Shown here: piece after piece, positions 59,589-64,000 of the stretch
How the letters are laid out: each line of letters starts with the position of its first letter
Numbering within the stretch: the stretch's first letter is position 1
Assembly: GCA_965237995.1 (NCBI GenBank)
Contig: CBDEGO010000003.1
Location: 45,463 to 109,462, forward strand
Reading direction: 5' to 3'
DNA length: 64,000 bases
Origin: Candidatus Poriferihabitaceae bacterium
GTDB lineage: Bacteria; Pseudomonadota; Gammaproteobacteria; Arenicellales; Poriferihabitantaceae
Notes under the pieces: model-generated
Seen by the model: only the letters and a program-made list of their open reading frames with translations
What the model was told of the DNA's origin: nothing
The model's database searches: none
Translations under genes and position numbers: made by a program

Positions 59589-60998
59589 TTAGTGCGCTTC
59601 GCCGCTAGATTCTGAAGATGGCATGGATGATCCGCTAGCAAAACTCATCGCCATGGAACCTGACCCGGTGAGTACCTGTTGCAAATCAGTATCGGCTAAC
59701 CAAAAATCTCTCAGCGCATTGACGTAACCAGCTTCAACATTGACTGCTGAACGCATGTCGTCTAGTAGATCAAACACACTAATAAGCATACCGTTGTACA
59801 TCAGTAACTGCTCTCGGCTAACTCGTTGTCGCAAAGGCAGAAACTGATCTTTATAGTGTCGAGCAATTTCCCAGTTTACGTTATAGGCCGCCAATGCAGA
59901 TCTAGCGTTTGACGCAGCAGCAATAGCGACCGCTTGCGCTTGCGCTTGAGATTGCTCAAATAAGAATTTAGCCCGTTTGCTTTTTACGCCTCCAGCATCA
60001 AATATAGGAATACGTAATTCAAGTTCATAGCCCCGCTCTTTCTCCCCTTCTTCTTTCTCTGTCACTGTGCCTAATTCAACGGCAGATAAAAAAGGGTTTT
60101 TACGTGTTAAGCTCAAATTATTGGCCATGCCCTCAAGGTCAGCTCTGGCCATTTGCACATCAATTCTATTAGTGACCGCTTGCGCTTCAACAGAGTCAAT
60201 CTCTAATCGAGTGTTTGGCAATGCGGGCAATCTGTCAGGCAACGTTAGCGCTCTGGCTTGATCACCCCAAAGGCCAAGTTGCTGAATTAATGTTTCTTTA
60301 GCTCCATCTGCTGCCAGTTTTTGTTTCGCTAAACTGGAGTGCATATCGCTTAATAACATTTCAGATTCCGCTGCTTCAATCACGCCACTATGGCCTATAG
60401 CAGCCATTTGCCGTGTCATATTATTTCCTGTTTGAGTTGACTCCAGCGCGCGCTCCATCAAGCGGGCTTGATGGCCTTGTGCTACCGCATTAATCCACGC
60501 ACGGCGCGTATCAGCTAAATGCTCAATAACAGCTCCTGCGGCTTCGTAACGTGACGCTTCAAGGCGGCGTGCCTCTAAACTACGTTTCAATGGCATTAGT
60601 AGCACACCACCTACATCAAACAAAAATGATGAGGTGTAACTTTCGCTACTAAACCGTTCAAGTGCGAACCCCGGGTTTTCCATTCGACCTGCTTGGGCAT
60701 AGTCAGCCTCAGCAATACCCACATTTAAGATACTGGCTTTCGCCATGGGATTGAGCTGCATAGATAAGCGCTGTGCATCTTTAAGACTAATCGGTGCTGA
60801 TAAGATGGCATTGATTTCCTCACTAGTCAGCACTTTGTCTGGGCTAATAATTGAAGATTCATTTTGCTTGCCTAATTGCTTATCAACTATTTGCTGAACA
60901 TTACTTATTCCACCGTCTTTTGGTATGCTGGTACAAGCCGTTACAGTCAACAGCAGGGAACCGAGCGCCATTAAACTTAAGTATTTATTATTTGTCAT
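59589..60998 (-). CDS. TolC-family outer-membrane efflux lipoprotein (CusC-like OMF)
   Basis: Start chosen at MTNNKYLSLMALGSLLLTVTAC (lipobox). The track ORF starts at 61070 and would overlap the CusF-like gene. Two-repeat helical OMF architecture. Confidence 0.75.
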   Translation of the reverse strand: MTNNKYLSLMALGSLLLTVTACTSIPKDGGISNVQQIVDKQLGKQNESSIISPDKVLTSEEINAILSAPISLKDAQRLSMQLNPMAKASILNVGIAEADYAQAGRMENPGFALERFSSESYTSSFLFDVGGVLLMPLKRSLEARRLEASRYEAAGAVIEHLADTRRAWINAVAQGHQARLMERALESTQTGNNMTRQMAAIGHSGVIEAAESEMLLSDMHSSLAKQKLAADGAKETLIQQLGLWGDQARALTLPDRLPALPNTRLEIDSVEAQAVTNRIDVQMARADLEGMANNLSLTRKNPFLSAVELGTVTEKEEGEKERGYELELRIPIFDAGGVKSKRAKFLFEQSQAQAQAVAIAAASNARSALAAYNVNWEIARHYKDQFLPLRQRVSREQLLMYNGMLISVFDLLDDMRSAVNVEAGYVNALRDFWLADTDLQQVLTGSGSMAMSFASGSSMPSSESSGEAH

Positions 60999-61008
60999 TT
61001 CTATACCC

Positions 61009-61791
61009 TCAGTTTGCCGTTGAGTTGATGTTGGTAATGACAAAGCCCCTAGAGGAGTTATCGATATCAAAATCTATCTTCGCCCCCTTTTCTAGTTGAC
61101 TTAGTAATGAAGGATCACTCACCTTAAACACCATGGTCATGCTGGGCATCCCATATTTTTCGATGGGGCCATGTGAGATTTTTACTTTGCCTTGTGACGG
61201 TCGAATTAATTTAACGACGCCGCTAGCGTCCATCTGGCTATCTACTTCGGGATTTTCTGGTTTCGCCATCGTCATTGCCATCAACTGCGTAACAATAAAT
61301 CCGCCCGAAGAATTATCGACGTTGAAGCTGATTTTCTCACCTTTTGTAAGACCTTCTAGCATCGCTGTTTCTTTTACCTTGAATACCATAGTCATCTCAG
61401 GCATCCCATATTTATCAATAGGCCCGTGCGATATCTTGACCTTACCTTGATTCAGACGAACACTCTTTACTACGCCACTAGCATCCATATTCATATTGGG
61501 CATTGCAGTCTCATTATCTGCTTTCGTAGTCATCGTATCCTTAGGCACCATTCCTATATTCACCTGCTCCGAACTAAACGTCTCGTCTCCATTAAAGCGC
61601 TTTGTCCACGATAGCGTGGCATCTAATGGAACAATCTCTGATTGGTAGACCCTCTCTACTTCTGGAGAACTAGGGTGTTGAGTCGGATCAAGCACATTGC
61701 CCTCTTGTGCTAACGTATTGATATAAAAACTGCCCAATATTAGCCCTGCTAATGCAGCACTAACTTTGGGTTTGGAATATTGGTTTTTCAA
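61009..61791 (-). CDS. periplasmic copper-binding protein with two tandem CusF-like domains
   Basis: Two ~70-aa repeats: DASGVVKSVRLNQGKVKISHGPIDKYGMPEMTMVFKV... and DASGVVKLIRPSQGKVKISHGPIEKYGMPSMTMVFKV..., each with a CusF-type H...MPxMTM ligand pattern. Confidence 0.75.
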   Translation of the reverse strand: MKNQYSKPKVSAALAGLILGSFYINTLAQEGNVLDPTQHPSSPEVERVYQSEIVPLDATLSWTKRFNGDETFSSEQVNIGMVPKDTMTTKADNETAMPNMNMDASGVVKSVRLNQGKVKISHGPIDKYGMPEMTMVFKVKETAMLEGLTKGEKISFNVDNSSGGFIVTQLMAMTMAKPENPEVDSQMDASGVVKLIRPSQGKVKISHGPIEKYGMPSMTMVFKVSDPSLLSQLEKGAKIDFDIDNSSRGFVITNINSTAN

Positions 61792-61903
61792 TTTACTAAC
61801 CTCAATCTATGTATTAAGCGCACGCCAACGAAATCGGCGGTGCAGAAAAGAAAAATAGATGGTATGAACTACCGCTTCAATTCAGAGGCAGTAATTCATA
61901 AAG

Positions 61904-61919
61904 GTGGCCGAGTGGCCAC
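61904..61919 (-). terminator. short hairpin just after the stop of the 154-aa ORF
   Basis: GTGGCC-gagt-GGCCAC. The U-tract on the transcribed strand is weak, so it may be an attenuator or processing site. Confidence 0.3.
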
Positions 61920-61922
61920 AGG

Positions 61923-62387
61923 TTAGGCTATAGGAGGCCTTAGGAGAGGTGCAAAATCAATTGGAATATAATCGCTAAGCAAAAACCGCGTCGAAGCAAA
62001 GTGTTGCATTTGACTATTAAACAGCGCGCTTAATGTCACTAATGTACCAACGCTTGATGTGCAAAATGACTTACAAGCATCGCTGGCTGTTGAGTCAATA
62101 ACATGCTGCCCATGCATGGATTGCATCGACTCTTCAATCACCATTTCGTCTTGAATTACACGGTTATTTAAGGCCTGATGACAGTTTGGTGCCTTGTCGG
62201 ATTGAATTGAAGCGTGTTTGGTATGCGAATGCAAACTTTCTTCTGAAGTGTTCATCTCCCAAAGAGATAACATAGAAGCATGTGCAAACGGCGAAAGCAT
62301 CATGCTTAACACCACCAAGATGTTACACAGCGTTTTCAAGTACCATTTGAAACGCCTTTTAGAACTTCGCGTATTCATGCTAGCCAT
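61923..62387 (-). CDS. hypothetical exported protein, His/Cys/Met-containing, at the head of the copper cluster
   Basis: 154-aa ORF with a basic N-terminus plus hydrophobic segment (ILVVLSMMLSPFAHA), scattered His/Cys/Met, and a C-terminal LLRPPIA. Confidence 0.4.
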   Translation of the reverse strand: MASMNTRSSKRRFKWYLKTLCNILVVLSMMLSPFAHASMLSLWEMNTSEESLHSHTKHASIQSDKAPNCHQALNNRVIQDEMVIEESMQSMHGQHVIDSTASDACKSFCTSSVGTLVTLSALFNSQMQHFASTRFLLSDYIPIDFAPLLRPPIA

Positions 62388-62474
62388 TCTAAACCCTGTA
62401 GCCGTAACAAGGTCAATTATATTTTTTGGAGTAACTACAGGAAACGGAAAAATTGTACGCTAAGGACTAGGTGA

Positions 62475-62516
62475 CCGTCTCAGTTTTGCCCTTTTCGGCC
62501 ATATGATAACCGTCTA
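62475..62516 (-). repeat. dispersed repeat, copy A
   Basis: ccgtctcagttttgcccttttcggccatatgataaccgtcta is the reverse complement of copy B (33224-33267), with a 17-nt identical core GTCTCAGTTTTGCCCTT. Confidence 0.7.
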
Positions 62517-62574
62517 CTAGAACGATATTTCTTAGAAACCACAATACATCTTTCCAAACTTTGCTATTTATTAA

Positions 62575-63198
62575 TTACAGGTCACAGTCCCATAGTTCTA
62601 TCCGTTTTTCCTGCTCTTCACGCTTCACCCAATCTACATTAATTGGATTTCCCTCGGCATCCCTTGTAATCGGATCTGGCATTCTCATTTCTAATTTTAG
62701 TTGAGTGTAAGCATCCATGTTCGTTGCTTTAAAATCTTTGTTTTCGTACATCCACGATAACTGGTAGGCAAACACCCAGATCACACGATCATTGATTAAC
62801 CCTCGAAACCAAGTCGCAGGTGATGGCCCTTTGCCCCATGTAGCAAATCCCTTTCTAATTGATTTTACACCCAACCCATCAAAACTTATCGTACTACCTG
62901 TAGGTAACAACGTTGTCTGAATGCCGTAATTGGAATAGTGACTTTCGCACTGGTCAATTATTCCACCGTTTCGCTCATTAAAGCATAAGTAGTTATCGTC
63001 ATCGTCCGAGTTCTTAAAATTGGGGTAGTCCTGTATTTTGTTAGCCACTTCACGAAAATAAAAAAGAACGTCATCCGTTGAACTAATTGAAACTTTCGGA
63101 ATGCAGCTATTAACTTCAGTTAGCGTGGGCGAGCAGCCACTTAGTATGAAGGTGAATAATAGTATTCCAAGTAGCTTTAATTCCATCCTAATTATCAA
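62575..63198 (-). CDS. hypothetical lipoprotein
   Basis: Lipobox FILSGC after MELKLLGILLFT (alternative ATG start at 63186). AT-rich. No family recognised. Confidence 0.55.
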   Translation of the reverse strand: MIIRMELKLLGILLFTFILSGCSPTLTEVNSCIPKVSISSTDDVLFYFREVANKIQDYPNFKNSDDDDNYLCFNERNGGIIDQCESHYSNYGIQTTLLPTGSTISFDGLGVKSIRKGFATWGKGPSPATWFRGLINDRVIWVFAYQLSWMYENKDFKATNMDAYTQLKLEMRMPDPITRDAEGNPINVDWVKREEQEKRIELWDCDL

Positions 63199-63257
63199 GC
63201 TCGACTGTCTCTAACGAGTATCCTACTGCCAGATTGAAAAGTCAACGAATGGGCGCT

Positions 63258-63275
63258 ATTTGCCCTTTTCAGCCA
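63258..63275 (-). repeat. dispersed repeat, partial copy C
   Basis: ATTTGCCCTTTTCAGCCA matches the copy A core TTTTGCCCTTTTCGGCCA at 16 of 18 positions. Confidence 0.5.
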
Positions 63276-63337
63276 GTTTAAATTTTTCGTCAATCTCAAA
63301 ATAACCCCAAAGCAGTCATTCTATATTTCGCTATAGT

Positions 63338-63901
63338 TTAAAAAGTAAAGAAATGCGGATCAGAATTTTTTACTTCAATTAGCATAGATTCTTCTATTGA
63401 AACTTTATTGAAAACCCTATGGAAAGATTTAACAATATCTTCATGCGTACAAACAAGAATTGTTGAGTTATCATGTTCTCCTACCAAGTATTTCAAAAAT
63501 ATACTGACTCTGAAATCAATATCTTCTGGCTTCTCGCTTTCTGGAATATCAACCCAATCAAAGTTTTCTTTCTCCATTTTATTCTGTGCTTCAGTTCTCG
63601 AAAGTCCACCAATCACACCAAAATCTCTTTCTATGAGATTATCGAATTCTAAAATATCTACGTTGTGATATTTATTGATGATCTCCGCTGTTAACCTGGC
63701 TCGTTGCCTTGTCGAAGTCGCGATTAAATCAAACCGTTGACTATTTAAAAGTTCCGCTGTCCTTTGTGCTTGATCTTCACCAACTTTAGTTAACTGATGA
63801 TCGATCTCTCTGTCTGAGATAATTCCTTTGCTATTCGCTTCACTTTCACCGTGCCTAACAACGATGAACGAGATATTATTACTCACAAACAATTCCACCA
63901 C
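63338..63901 (-). CDS. histidine phosphatase family protein (phosphoglycerate mutase-like)
   Basis: Catalytic VRHGESEAN (RHG motif) at the N-terminus and a later TSTRQRA and CTHED (His). 187 aa. Confidence 0.8.
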   Translation of the reverse strand: MVELFVSNNISFIVVRHGESEANSKGIISDREIDHQLTKVGEDQAQRTAELLNSQRFDLIATSTRQRARLTAEIINKYHNVDILEFDNLIERDFGVIGGLSRTEAQNKMEKENFDWVDIPESEKPEDIDFRVSIFLKYLVGEHDNSTILVCTHEDIVKSFHRVFNKVSIEESMLIEVKNSDPHFFTF

Positions 63902-64000
63902 AATAGGTTACGAATGGCCTGCTTTTCTAGAATATTAGTATTTCTGAAAACAAGCCACTGACCGAGATGAGTATACAAGATTCGTTGCTAAAAGGAACGT

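Noticed and set aside
62461-62574. Interpreting the dispersed repeat spacers as integron attC sites.
   Set aside because: There are no inverted RYYYAAC / GTTRRRY core pairs. The repeat has no imperfect palindromic structure (it contains direct, not inverted, internal matches). No intI gene is in the window.

Overview
This 64-kb chromosomal window looks like a marine gammaproteobacterium. The gene orders lolA-rarA-crcB-serS and smc-zipA-ligA, with SMC rather than MukB, suggest an Alteromonadales-like organism; this taxonomic guess is inference only. All product calls come from reading motifs in the supplied ORF translations and recalling protein families. No searches were run. I count about 60 credible protein-coding genes and saw no rRNA, tRNA or CRISPR array. 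Layout: (i) 1-20.2 kb is a housekeeping core: TRAP solute receptor, MscS channel, SPOR protein, aminotransferase, TatD, GspC-like protein, lolA-rarA-crcB-serS, an SDR, smc-zipA-ligA. (ii) 20.3-26 kb holds an AT-rich secreted kinase-like ORF and a tightly coupled four-gene XpaC/TelA/SPFH-GYF/double-zinc-ribbon operon. (iii) 26-32.6 kb holds a signal-peptide-bearing minimal ATP-dependent DNA ligase, a stand-alone DUF1989 protein convergent with a flavin monooxygenase (Tmm-like), a beta-propeller lipoprotein and a CMD-family protein. (iv) 32.7-37.6 kb is a visibly AT-rich accessory island of secreted proteins, including a metzincin with three N-terminal repeats and a reverse-transcriptase gene remnant. 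(v) 37.6-42.6 kb is a decayed region: a twice-frameshifted PEP-mutase-family gene, an amidinotransferase, an array of ~21-bp repeats, an IS1016-like insertion sequence and a YHS-domain protein. (vi) 42.6-55 kb is a block of small-molecule and nitrogen-compound enzymes: C-N hydrolases, amidohydrolases, ureohydrolase, GNAT, and a YbdL/YafV-like pair. (vii) 55-64 kb holds an IS200-type element, a subtilisin gene remnant flanked by small secreted proteins, a copper-resistance island (CpxP-like, cupredoxin, multicopper oxidase, TolC-like OMF, tandem-CusF) and two cassette-like ORFs. The strongest candidates for something undescribed are: (a) three small, mutually dissimilar secreted proteins that share an unusual conserved Tat-like leader and each sit beside a secreted-protease gene; (b) the fused XpaC-TelA-SPFH-zinc-ribbon operon with its neighbouring secreted kinase-like protein; (c) the 21-bp repeat array at about 40.0-40.15 kb. 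Several split or 5'-truncated ORFs are all repaired by adding one base to a homopolymer, so sequencing error must be excluded before calling them pseudogenes.
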